64,000 nt of DNA, taken from positions 12,260 to 76,259 of the forward strand of contig CAZTXT010000001.1 in assembly GCA_964617735.1 (NCBI GenBank). The letters are read 5' to 3'. Shown here in pieces: positions 37,810 to 46,650 of this stretch; position 1 is the first letter of the stretch, and each line of letters opens with the position of its first letter. The translations under genes were made by a program, and so were the position numbers. Under the pieces are notes generated by a model that did no database searches, was not told where the DNA came from, and saw only the letters and a program-made list of their open reading frames with translations. The stretch is from an uncultured Candidatus Saccharibacteria bacterium. Lineage in GTDB: Bacteria; Patescibacteriota; Minisyncoccia; Phycocordibacterales; DSPV01.

Positions 37810-38434
37810 AAAAGAAATTCTGAAGCGCATACGAACGAACGATCTGCGCTTCAAGCCAGCGCTCGACTCGTTCCAGTTGCATGACCACGTCGTGGACTTG
37901 CGGCTGGGATTCACCTTTCTTATTCCAAAAACCTGGCGGCTGACGCCGAAGGGTCGGGAGACGGTGACCATAACCCACTTCAACAAAACAGGCCTGCAAT
38001 ATTTCGACGTCGTCGAACTGGAACAGGGGCAATACTTCGAGCTGCTCCCCCACGAGTACGTTATCGTTTCAACCCTCGAAACCATCACCGTTCCCAACGA
38101 CCTCATGGCAATCCTCTATCCCCGCTCCTCGACAAACCGCAAAGGGCTTTCACTCGACTTAACGGGCGTCATCGATTGCGGTTATGAAGGCACCTTGGCA
38201 CTTCCCGTGCGCAACAATACCGAGGCCCAAGTTGTGCGGCTCTACCCGGGTGAGCGGATCTGTCAGGTCGCATTCGAAGAATTGACCGAGGCGGTCGCAA
38301 CGCCGCACAAGCACAAATATCACCAGAAAGATATCATCGAGGGCGTAGGAAAGGAGAAAAACGCCGAAGCGACCCTCATTATGAAAGGAGACATTGACGG
38401 ACTTAAAAAACGCTACGGGATAGAGAGGATGTAA
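37793..38434 (+). CDS. dcd: dCTP deaminase/dUTPase-family protein (catalytic-Glu position not conserved; possibly a dUTPase-type enzyme)
   Basis: Dcd/Dut-fold motifs: PRSSTNRKGLS matches GRSSLARLGL, IDCGYEG matches IDPGWSG; the Glu of the dCTP-deaminase VLEF motif is absent. Confidence 0.7.
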   Translation: MSVLTKKEILKRIRTNDLRFKPALDSFQLHDHVVDLRLGFTFLIPKTWRLTPKGRETVTITHFNKTGLQYFDVVELEQGQYFELLPHEYVIVSTLETITVPNDLMAILYPRSSTNRKGLSLDLTGVIDCGYEGTLALPVRNNTEAQVVRLYPGERICQVAFEELTEAVATPHKHKYHQKDIIEGVGKEKNAEATLIMKGDIDGLKKRYGIERM

Positions 38435-38437
38435 AAA

Positions 38438-38468
38438 CGGTCTTCGCGTAGACGCGAAGACCGTTTTA
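38438..38468. terminator. bidirectional rho-independent terminator
   Basis: CGGTCTTCGCG-taga-CGCGAAGACCG followed by TTTT; flanked by A-run. Confidence 0.8.
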
Positions 38469-38885
38469 TCAATACGACGGAATGCTGCATGCCCATTCTT
38501 CCCTGATCGCTTTCGCCGGATACTCCTCCGAGGCGAAGGTGCCGTAGAAGAAAAGTGACGGGTAAGACTCTCGGCACACGCACCGATTTATCTCCCCTTC
38601 CACAAATAAAAACCTCGGCTTCTGTAAACGCTTTGAGGCTTCGAGCGCCGACATACTGAAGCCGAGCGAAGAACCGCCAGCGAGAACCGCAACCACATCA
38701 ACAAAGGCGACGAAATCCGCAATATCCGCTTCGAATGGATCAAATGGGAGATCGGGAGTTGTGAAGTTGACAACCTCAATACCGCCGGCACGCAGAGCGT
38801 CCGCAAACCTCCGGAAACGACGGCTAAATTCCTGCCGTCGAACAATGGTAGAAGAACGTTCCAAACTATCGACATAGACTTTCAT
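38469..38885 (-). CDS. hypothetical protein, possibly a divergent nucleoside 2-deoxyribosyltransferase-like paralog
   Basis: MKVYV start and GGSSLGFSMSALEAS loosely resemble the NDT fold motif; weak call. Confidence 0.3.
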   Translation of the reverse strand: MKVYVDSLERSSTIVRRQEFSRRFRRFADALRAGGIEVVNFTTPDLPFDPFEADIADFVAFVDVVAVLAGGSSLGFSMSALEASKRLQKPRFLFVEGEINRCVCRESYPSLFFYGTFASEEYPAKAIREEWACSIPSY

Positions 38886-38963
38886 ACTAAAGATCTCCTT
38901 TCTAAGGTAAGTATAGCAGAAAAACGCCGCTCTCCCTTAAGGGACAGCGGCGTTGCCGGATTT

Positions 38964-39416
38964 CTACCGTATCCGCGCAAGGCGCAAGGCTTTCGGGGAC
39001 ATATATCTCCCGAAACGAACTACCTGAACGGTTGCGACGATATCTTCGATCCTTTGATAAACGACCGGAGAGTCAAGGCCGTGGGATTTGAGCGAGTCCG
39101 GTACGATCTGCGTTAAGTGCTGTTGTTCGTGCACAAACACACGCAACTGCTTCTTCGTCGTGTATGCATGCTTGAGCTCCATCCCCAGTCCGATGGACGC
39201 GTGATCGCAGACCGCAACAAAGAGCTCCGCGCGGTCTATGCACGACATATCATGATCGTACACATTGACATCCAAAAGCGGCTTCCCACCTTTGGATGCG
39301 TACTGGAGGACTTCACAACCATCATTTTCCAGCAACACGATCAGCCTCTCCATCTCCGCCAGAAATTCGGGTGGCGCACCCGTGATCTTGTGACCAACAT
39401 ATACAGGATATTTCAT
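38964..39416 (-). CDS. nucleoside 2-deoxyribosyltransferase / DNPH1 (Rcl)-like protein
   Basis: ASIGLGMELKHAY matches the catalytic-Glu motif DVGLGMELGYA of PF05014; ~150 aa. Confidence 0.65.
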   Translation of the reverse strand: MKYPVYVGHKITGAPPEFLAEMERLIVLLENDGCEVLQYASKGGKPLLDVNVYDHDMSCIDRAELFVAVCDHASIGLGMELKHAYTTKKQLRVFVHEQQHLTQIVPDSLKSHGLDSPVVYQRIEDIVATVQVVRFGRYMSPKALRLARIR

Positions 39417-39447
39417 AGAAGGCCCTTTCTAGAAAGGAGATTAGCAT

Positions 39448-39488
39448 ACGGCATACAAAATCACCATTTAAGAATGGTGATTTTGTAT
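39448..39488 (-). terminator. perfect 17-bp hairpin immediately downstream of rplK
   Basis: CATACAAAATCACCATT-ctta-AATGGTGATTTTGTATG. Confidence 0.45.
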
Positions 39489-39506
39489 GCCCAGTATCTT
39501 ATTCTG

Positions 39507-39929
39507 TTACTTTACTTCGATTCCCATCGAGCGCGCAGAGCCTTCGACGATCTTCATCGCAGCGTCCACATCATTAGCATTGAGATCCTTGAGCTTCTTC
39601 TCCGCGATCTGCTTGAGCTGACTTTTGGTTATCGAACCCGCCTTGCTCTGGAGACTTTTGCCGGAACCTTTCTCGACTCCAGCGGCTTTGAGTAAAAGAT
39701 TGGTCGCCGGCGGCGTCTTGAAATCGAGATTGAATGTTTTATCCTCGTAAACCGTGATCTCCACGGGTACCAGATCACCTTTCATGTCCTTCGTCCCCGC
39801 ATTGAAACGGGTGACGAACTCACCGATATTGACTTTTGCCTGACCCAACGCAGGACCAATGGGCGGTGCCGGCGTCGCTTTTCCCGCTTCGATGGTCAAT
39901 TTCAACTTTCTCGCTATTTTTTTCGCCAT
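39507..39929 (-). CDS. rplK: 50S ribosomal protein L11
   Basis: [17 protein letters not shown]..., 140 aa. Confidence 0.95.
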   Translation of the reverse strand: MAKKIARKLKLTIEAGKATPAPPIGPALGQAKVNIGEFVTRFNAGTKDMKGDLVPVEITVYEDKTFNLDFKTPPATNLLLKAAGVEKGSGKSLQSKAGSITKSQLKQIAEKKLKDLNANDVDAAMKIVEGSARSMGIEVK

Positions 39930-39938
39930 GACAGATGA

Positions 39939-40484
39939 TTATATCTTTTTAACCTGAAGGTAATCGAGCTCCACGGGGGTTTCGCGGCCGAACATCGAAA
40001 CCAAGACCTTGACCTTACCGCGTTCTTCATCGACTTCCCCCACCTTCCCCTCAAAATCCTTGAACGGACCATCCGCGATGATAACCGCGTCATCAACCGC
40101 AAGATCAATCGTATGCTTGACCGTATCGGAACTCATCCGAGAGAACAATTCATCGACTTCCTTTTTATTCAAGGGCACCGGATAGATGCCCGAGCCGACG
40201 AATCCGGTCACACGCGGCGTGTTGCGCACTACATACCACGAATCATCGGTAACGACCATGTCGACAAGAATGTAGCCTGGATATACTTTCTCCTGCTCCT
40301 CGACGCGCTTGTTGCCTTTGACTTTTATCTTTTTCTCGGTCGGGACGACCACGCTGAAGATCTTATCCTCCATGCCGAGCGATTCGATGCGCTGCTTGAG
40401 GTTGCGCGCCACGGCATTTTCGTACCCCGCGTAGGTATGAATAGCATACCAATTGCGCACTTGTTCTATTTTTTGTTTGGACAT
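39939..40484 (-). CDS. nusG: transcription termination/antitermination factor NusG
   Basis: NGN domain WYAIHTYAGYEN, C-terminal KOW; 181 aa. Confidence 0.95.
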   Translation of the reverse strand: MSKQKIEQVRNWYAIHTYAGYENAVARNLKQRIESLGMEDKIFSVVVPTEKKIKVKGNKRVEEQEKVYPGYILVDMVVTDDSWYVVRNTPRVTGFVGSGIYPVPLNKKEVDELFSRMSSDTVKHTIDLAVDDAVIIADGPFKDFEGKVGEVDEERGKVKVLVSMFGRETPVELDYLQVKKI

Positions 40485-40496
40485 TGCCTTAGAGAA

Positions 40497-40676
40497 TTAA
40501 AAAAGCCGCGAGAGACCGATCCTGAAGAGATAATCGAAAAGGCCAAGGAAAGCGGCGAACGTGATGGAGATCCCGACAACCGCTGCGGTATAGGCAAGGG
40601 CTTGGCGCCGCGTCGGCCAATTGACGTGTTTCATCTCGACTTTCGTCTCTTTGAGATAATCGTTAACCTTTGCCAT
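40497..40676 (-). CDS. secE: preprotein translocase subunit SecE (59 aa; absent from the supplied ORF track, below its size cut-off)
   Basis: Manual translation: MAKVNDYLKETKVEMKHVNWPTRRQALAYTAAVVGISITFAAFLGLFDYLFRIGLSRLF; single TM, conserved position upstream of nusG. Confidence 0.7.
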   Translation of the reverse strand: MAKVNDYLKETKVEMKHVNWPTRRQALAYTAAVVGISITFAAFLGLFDYLFRIGLSRLF

Positions 40677-40827
40677 ACTGTCGTGTTCCTTAATTTCCTA
40701 TAAAAAACCGCCCACGCGGGCAAGTAGGGACAGCGTATACCTGATGGGCTCAAAAGTCAAATTGATCTTCTAAGGGGAAACCGTTCTGATGCTCACGAGC
40801 GGTTTCCCCTACCAATGAATCCACAAG

Positions 40828-41625
40828 CTAGCGAATCTCGTAGGTGATGGTGATATTCGAGATGAATTGATTCTCTCCAGCCGGCAACTGGGCTGTTTCG
40901 GATGCACCACCGCCGTCAGCCGATTTCGCCGCATACATCATCGGTACCGGATAATTCCCCGATTCAGAGAAGTTTACGATGCGCACGAGGGTAACGCCCA
41001 GATCATGCGCGAGCTCTTTCGCTTTCGTCTGCGCATCATCAATCGCTTTCTGCCGCGCCGCGCGCAAGACTGCATCCTCTTTGTCGATACTGAAGGTCAA
41101 ACCCGACACGTCCGTAACGCCGAGTCCTCCGACTCCGCCGATGATCCTGCCAGCGTCGGCGAGCGTGCGTATCTTCACCTGAACACTTTGGCTCACATCA
41201 TACCCCGCGAGCGTCTGCTTCCCTTGCGGACAGGGATACACGAGACAGCGGATCTCGGGATATTCGTAGCGCGGGTAAATGTTGTACCCTTGGGTTTTTA
41301 TATCCTTATCCTCTACCCCGTTCTTTTTAAGAAACGAGATAATGCTCGCGATCTTTTCGTCGACTACCTTTTGCGCATCGCTCACGACCATCTTTTCTTC
41401 TTGCACCGTAAAACTGAAGGTTGCAATATCCGGCGCCGCGTAGCTCTCTCCTTTGCCCGACACCGAGATGGTATTGACCGCCGCGACATCGCGACCAACA
41501 TACGGGATGCTCTTAAATTCTTTTATCGTAAGCGCGAGTAAAAAAAGCGAAAGCATTGTCGCAACAACAACTGCCATTCCCCTCGGTTTAGCCATCACAC
41601 CCATCCATTTATTGTTTTCTTCCAT
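40828..41625 (-). CDS. SIMPL-domain (DUF541/YggE-like) secreted/membrane-anchored protein
   Basis: N-terminal TM helix, SIMPL-like repeats; 265 aa. Confidence 0.7.
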   Translation of the reverse strand: MEENNKWMGVMAKPRGMAVVVATMLSLFLLALTIKEFKSIPYVGRDVAAVNTISVSGKGESYAAPDIATFSFTVQEEKMVVSDAQKVVDEKIASIISFLKKNGVEDKDIKTQGYNIYPRYEYPEIRCLVYPCPQGKQTLAGYDVSQSVQVKIRTLADAGRIIGGVGGLGVTDVSGLTFSIDKEDAVLRAARQKAIDDAQTKAKELAHDLGVTLVRIVNFSESGNYPVPMMYAAKSADGGGASETAQLPAGENQFISNITITYEIR

Positions 41626-41660
41626 ACAAATGAGTTATTACTATGAATAATTGATTGAGA

Positions 41661-42536
41661 CTACTGGGTCCACCGAACCTGACGCCCTGCCGCCTCAATG
41701 AGATTTTCAAAGAGGGAGAGCACGGTCATGGGGCCGACTCCCCCGGGCACGGGAGAGAGCGCACCCACGATGCCTTTGACTGACTCGAAATCAACGTCAC
41801 CCATAAGACGTGTGGCTTTATGCTCTTCAGAAACTAAAGCGCCGCCCTCGAGACTGATACCGACATCAACGATAGTCTGTTGCGCACTGACATGCTCGGA
41901 GCGGATGAGCGCGGGTTTCCCCACTGCCGATATGAGTATATCCGCCTGTTTGGTGATCCGCGGCAGATCTTGCGTGAACCGATGACAGATCGTCACGGTG
42001 GCGTTTCGATTGAGCAGCGCGAGCGCGGTGCTTTTGCCTGCCAAGAGCGAACGCCCAACAACCACTACCTGCTTCCCTTCGATTACTACGCTATAGTAGT
42101 CCAAAAGTAACAAAATGCCCTTGGCGGTCGCTGGCACGAAACCCTGGTGGTCGTTCTCAAGGAGGGACTTGAGGTTGAGGGCGGTGAGACCATCGACATC
42201 TTTGTTCGGTTCGATGGTCTCGATGATGACGCGCCGATCGAGCTGCTTGGGCAGTGGGAACTGCACGATGATACCGTTGACCGACGATTCGCTATTGAGA
42301 CGCTCAATCTCGTAGAGCACTTCGTCGAGGGGAACATCGGCGTTAAAGCTCACGAGCTCTACATGGACGCCGATCTCCTCCGCGAACTTCTGCTTTTGAC
42401 TGATGTAGGACTGCGAGCGTTCATTATCCCCTATCTTAACGATACCGAGCACGGGCGTAAAGCCGAGTTCTTTGATACGGCGGCGCAGATGCGGCACGGC
42501 GCTCTCCTTGATTATTTTTCCGTCGAGCAGAAGCAT
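41661..42536 (-). CDS. folD: bifunctional methylenetetrahydrofolate dehydrogenase/cyclohydrolase
   Basis: FolD family core (GIIVQFPLP, VVGRSLLAGK, PVPGGVGPMT); start taken at MLLLDGKII. Confidence 0.9.
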   Translation of the reverse strand: MLLLDGKIIKESAVPHLRRRIKELGFTPVLGIVKIGDNERSQSYISQKQKFAEEIGVHVELVSFNADVPLDEVLYEIERLNSESSVNGIIVQFPLPKQLDRRVIIETIEPNKDVDGLTALNLKSLLENDHQGFVPATAKGILLLLDYYSVVIEGKQVVVVGRSLLAGKSTALALLNRNATVTICHRFTQDLPRITKQADILISAVGKPALIRSEHVSAQQTIVDVGISLEGGALVSEEHKATRLMGDVDFESVKGIVGALSPVPGGVGPMTVLSLFENLIEAAGRQVRWTQ

Positions 42537-42611
42537 AGGTGTAAGAAATTGTAGCATTCGCATGGAGCAAAGAAAAACGCGATCCGTGATAGGCGAATCG
42601 CGTTGAGCGAA

Positions 42612-42902
42612 CTATCGCTGCGAGAATCGGGCGATCGTTTTGAGATTCGCGGGATTATCGGTCAGTCTCTCTGCCATACATCCCAATCTTTTCGCCAGAT
42701 ACGCGAGTGTTGAACGGATCGAGACCGTGACGCTCTCGATCGCTGCTTTTCTTGAACTTCCGAATCCGCTAACCATAAGTTCCGGGCAAATGGCCATATA
42801 CCAGTCACCAACCTCCGAGGTAATTACGGTGAGGAACTTGTGGCCGCGCCTACTGACTTTCAGGCTGGGCTTTTCACTGCTCAAGGGCTTTCGTACTTTC
42901 AT
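42612..42902 (-). CDS. HicB-like (UPF0150) antitoxin-fold protein, orphan
   Basis: GDWYMAICPEL...GFGSSRKAAIESV resembles HicB N-terminal domain; no HicA partner found nearby. Confidence 0.4.
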   Translation of the reverse strand: MKVRKPLSSEKPSLKVSRRGHKFLTVITSEVGDWYMAICPELMVSGFGSSRKAAIESVTVSIRSTLAYLAKRLGCMAERLTDNPANLKTIARFSQR

Positions 42903-43081
42903 AATGCTTCCTTTCGGTAGAACTGGAGGGATTCTAGAGCAATATCCCAAAAATAACAAATAAAAAAATCGGCCCACCATCATCGGTGAGCCGATCACTA
43001 TGAAAGGGGAACTCAACCACACAAATGAGTACCCTTATTATCCAGAGCATAGCACAGGGTCGAGAAAATCAAAACAAGACC

Positions 43082-44320
43082 TTACTCGTATCGCAGCGCT
43101 TCTATGGGACTTTTCTTGCTAGCTTGTCGTGCCGGGTATCCACCGAAGACAAGGCCTACGAGGGTCGAGACGATGAGTCCGAGCACCAGACCCGAAATCG
43201 GGAATACGAATTTCCAGTCGACGCCCAAACCCTTGGAAAGACCGATGGATATCAAAAATGAAAGCCCAGTACCGAGGGTAATACCCACGAGCCCTCCGAT
43301 GGCCGTCAAAAAGACGGCCTCGAGGAGAAATTGCCGGAGTATATCGCTGTCAGTAGCGCCGAGGGCCTTGCGCAGGCCGATCTCGCGCGTCCGCTCGGTG
43401 ACGGAGACGAGCATAATGTTCATGATGCCGATACCGCCGACGAAGAGCGATATCGATGCCATTGCGATCAAAAACCACGTCAGCGAAGCCGTGATCGTGC
43501 CAAGGCGATTGGCGAGGTCTGCCTGAGTAGAAACGAAAAAGTCGTCCTTCGAGGGATCATCGATATCGTGCGAGGCTCGCAAGGTCGCACGGATATCATC
43601 GGCAGTGGACTCCACATTCTCTGCGCTGTCAGCTTGAATAATGAATCGGTGATAGTACTTGATGCCAAAGACATAATCGCGCGCGGTCGTATACGGCATG
43701 ACCGCCGCCTCATCTAAATTGAAAAGAGAGCCGCCTCCGGTCGGCGGAAGTACGCCGACCACCTTGAAATTGCGGTCCTTGATGCGGATCTTTTGGCCTA
43801 AGGGATCGACTCCATCGAAGAGATGGTCCTTGACCTTCGAACCGATGACAACGACATCCGCGCGCGCTTTCACGTCGGTGTCATCGAAGAAATAGCCTTC
43901 GACCGGATGCAGATCGAATACTTGAGACATCAGCTCCGAACCTGAAAAAATGCTTAGGTGATAGGTTTCAGAACCATAAATGGCAGTCTCGGCACCGAAG
44001 AGAACCGGCATCAAGGACTTGAGATGCGGCACATTGAATTTGCTCTCTAAAGCCGTGATGTCTTTGTCTTTGAGCGAATCACTGTAGATCTGGCTGACAT
44101 CAGAGGGTCCCGACGGTTCGCGGCCCGGGATAACGGCGATGGTCTCGGCGCCGAGACCCTGGACTTGCCCCAAGATAAGCGCTTGCGCCCCAGCACCGAG
44201 CGAAACCACCAGCATGATCGCCGTGATGCCGATGACGATACCAAGGATGGTGAGCGCTGAACGCGAGCGATTCGCGCGCAAACCGGTGAACGCCGTTTCA
44301 ATGAGGTGTTTGTAGGTCAT
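43082..44320 (-). CDS. ABC transporter permease, MacB/FtsX family
   Basis: N-terminal TM helix, large periplasmic domain, C-terminal FtsX 3-TM bundle; 412 aa. Confidence 0.85.
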   Translation of the reverse strand: MTYKHLIETAFTGLRANRSRSALTILGIVIGITAIMLVVSLGAGAQALILGQVQGLGAETIAVIPGREPSGPSDVSQIYSDSLKDKDITALESKFNVPHLKSLMPVLFGAETAIYGSETYHLSIFSGSELMSQVFDLHPVEGYFFDDTDVKARADVVVIGSKVKDHLFDGVDPLGQKIRIKDRNFKVVGVLPPTGGGSLFNLDEAAVMPYTTARDYVFGIKYYHRFIIQADSAENVESTADDIRATLRASHDIDDPSKDDFFVSTQADLANRLGTITASLTWFLIAMASISLFVGGIGIMNIMLVSVTERTREIGLRKALGATDSDILRQFLLEAVFLTAIGGLVGITLGTGLSFLISIGLSKGLGVDWKFVFPISGLVLGLIVSTLVGLVFGGYPARQASKKSPIEALRYE

Positions 44321-44321
44321 G

Positions 44322-45035
44322 TTATTTCACAAAGCCTTCAGCGGTCGCGCGTTGCGTTATGACGGCGTCCGACTCGATGACGCCGTCCTTGAGTTTGATA
44401 ATGCGCTTGGCGTTCTCAGCGGTGTATGTCTCGTGCGTGATGAGGATGATCGTGTGCCCATCGTCATTGAGCCGGCGAATGATCTCCATGACGATCTTCC
44501 CTGATTTCGAATCGAGATTTCCTGTGGGCTCGTCGGCAAAGATAACGGCAGGGTTTAGGACGAGCGCTCGCGCGATCGCCGCGCGTTGCTTCTCGCCACC
44601 GGAGAGAGTCGCGGGCTGTGCATTGAGCCGATGAAAAAGGTCTACCGATTTGATGGCGGCGATCGAGCGCTCTTTCCACTGCCGCTCCGGCACTTTCGAG
44701 TAGCGCAGGGGCAATATCACATTGTCGAGCACGGATGTACGGGGGAGGAGATTGAATGCTTGGAACACGAAACCGAGCTTTTCGTTACGGATATGCGCGA
44801 TCTCATCCGGAGAATACTTCGAAACATCTTTACCATCAAATATATAAGAGCCGCTCGAGAGCGTGTCGAGAAAACCGAGTATGTGCAGGAGGGTTGATTT
44901 TCCCGAGCCCGACGGACCCATGACCGCAACGAACTCGCCCTTTTGTATGTCAAATGAAATGTCACGCAGTGCCACAGTCGCCCCTTCGTCAAAGACTTTG
45001 CTGACATCTTTTATCTGCATCAGTGGAGCGTTCAT
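44322..45035 (-). CDS. ABC transporter ATP-binding protein (MacB/LolD-type)
   Basis: Walker A GPSGSGKST, signature LSGGEKQR, Walker B VIFADEPTGNLD; start at MNAPLMQIKD. Confidence 0.9.
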   Translation of the reverse strand: MNAPLMQIKDVSKVFDEGATVALRDISFDIQKGEFVAVMGPSGSGKSTLLHILGFLDTLSSGSYIFDGKDVSKYSPDEIAHIRNEKLGFVFQAFNLLPRTSVLDNVILPLRYSKVPERQWKERSIAAIKSVDLFHRLNAQPATLSGGEKQRAAIARALVLNPAVIFADEPTGNLDSKSGKIVMEIIRRLNDDGHTIILITHETYTAENAKRIIKLKDGVIESDAVITQRATAEGFVK

Positions 45036-45099
45036 AGTGAGATTGTAGCACAGAAATACCCTTATTCTAAGGCCTATAATAATGTTTCGACGGGAGAAA

Positions 45100-46641
45100 C
45101 TATTTACTCCCCACGACCACACTCTGGCCTTCGAGAAGACCCGAGAGTATTTCGATCTGACCGTCAGAACTTTTGAGCCCGGTTTGCACCTGCCGCTCGG
45201 TCGTGGTTCCGTTCGCGGTCGGAAGGCGGACGATCTTCGTGCCATTGCGCTCTACGACCGCGCGGACGGGGACTAAAAGCACACCCTCCTTTTTTGCGGT
45301 CTGCACATCGAGATTGGCGGTCATACCTGATCTGATGCGCGGATCGCTTTTGAGGAAATTGAAGGTTACTTTGTAGGTCGCAACATTATCGATGAGGGTT
45401 TCAGCGGGATCGATCTTCGAGATCACCGCGGCGAAGACCACATCACCCCCGTATGCGTCGAGAGTAACCGACGTAGAGGCGCCGACAAAAAGCTTGGCGA
45501 TATCCGCCTCAGGCACATTCGATTCGATCTGAAATCCTCCTTCGCCGATCAGCGATACCAGCGGAACATTGGCTGCCACGACCGCGCCGATCTTTCCGTC
45601 CTGCTTCGTCACAACCCCCGTGAAGGGAGCCCGTAAGGATGCGGTGGCGATCGTGTGCCGTATCGAATCAATGTTCGCTTCATCACCCTGCACACGTGCG
45701 TCTGCTGCAGCGATGTCTTCGGGGGCCGAGCCGGCAAGGCCAACCTTGAGGTTCTTGTCAGCTATATCGAGGTCCGCCGAAGCATTCACCCAACTATCCT
45801 GCACTGCTGAGAGATTCGAGAGCGCGGTATTGACGCTGGCCCGCGCAGTCGAAATATTCGATCGGTAGGTGTTGATCGTTGTCTGACTGAGCGTCTGCGT
45901 CGGAGTGAGCGCATTAACCGCAAGCGCAAGCTCGTCAAGGAATGCGCTCACTACGGTGAGGTTCGCGCGCGCATCGGATGCAGCCGAGAGGCCGCCGGTG
46001 AAAGCTGACGAGGCAAGCGATGCCTGCCACGACGTCAGCACTGTCTCCACTTTGACGCGGTCGGCATTGATGTTATTTCTGAATTGAGTATCGGTGACCG
46101 TTATGTTTATCTGCGCCGATGACGAGCGTGGATTGTCGAAAAACTGGTCGCCATAATTGCGCACGGCATCATCTGCGCGCGTGTATCCGTCTTTGATCTT
46201 GTCGGTCAGGCTTTTTTGCGCCTCAAGATTCGTCGAGGCTGCGGCATTGTACTTTGATTGGAGCACCGCGAGATCTTCGGGGCGTGTACCTTGTTTGAGT
46301 TTGAGAAGCGTCGCTTCATCAGCGGCAAGGGTCGCCTGCGCCTGCTTGAGAGAGAGAAGATCGTTCGTTGCATCGAGGGAAAGCATGGTTTGACCTGCAA
46401 CAACCCTATCCCCCACCGTGGCGGGAACCGAGGCGATGCGACCGCCATGCTCAAAAGAGAGCTCGACGCTCTCAACGGGCTTTACGCTACCGGTGATGCT
46501 GACCTCTTGCACCAAAGTGCCACGAGTGACCTGTGCCATCTCTACTGTGGCGGGGTGCCTGCGCGAGAGGACAATACCAACTACCACGACTACCACGACC
46601 GCGGAGATGATGAACCATTTTTTCGTGAAGATCTTTTTCAT
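45100..46641 (-). CDS. periplasmic adaptor (HlyD/MacA-type membrane fusion protein) with long coiled-coil
   Basis: N-terminal TM, beta-barrel/lipoyl segments flanking a ~200-aa coiled-coil. Confidence 0.8.
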   Translation of the reverse strand: MKKIFTKKWFIISAVVVVVVVGIVLSRRHPATVEMAQVTRGTLVQEVSITGSVKPVESVELSFEHGGRIASVPATVGDRVVAGQTMLSLDATNDLLSLKQAQATLAADEATLLKLKQGTRPEDLAVLQSKYNAAASTNLEAQKSLTDKIKDGYTRADDAVRNYGDQFFDNPRSSSAQINITVTDTQFRNNINADRVKVETVLTSWQASLASSAFTGGLSAASDARANLTVVSAFLDELALAVNALTPTQTLSQTTINTYRSNISTARASVNTALSNLSAVQDSWVNASADLDIADKNLKVGLAGSAPEDIAAADARVQGDEANIDSIRHTIATASLRAPFTGVVTKQDGKIGAVVAANVPLVSLIGEGGFQIESNVPEADIAKLFVGASTSVTLDAYGGDVVFAAVISKIDPAETLIDNVATYKVTFNFLKSDPRIRSGMTANLDVQTAKKEGVLLVPVRAVVERNGTKIVRLPTANGTTTERQVQTGLKSSDGQIEILSGLLEGQSVVVGSK

Positions 46642-46650
46642 AGGTAGACC

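Noticed and set aside
40113-40703. 196-aa ORF on the plus strand
   Set aside because: Antisense to nusG and secE, both of which have unambiguous family signatures on the minus strand.
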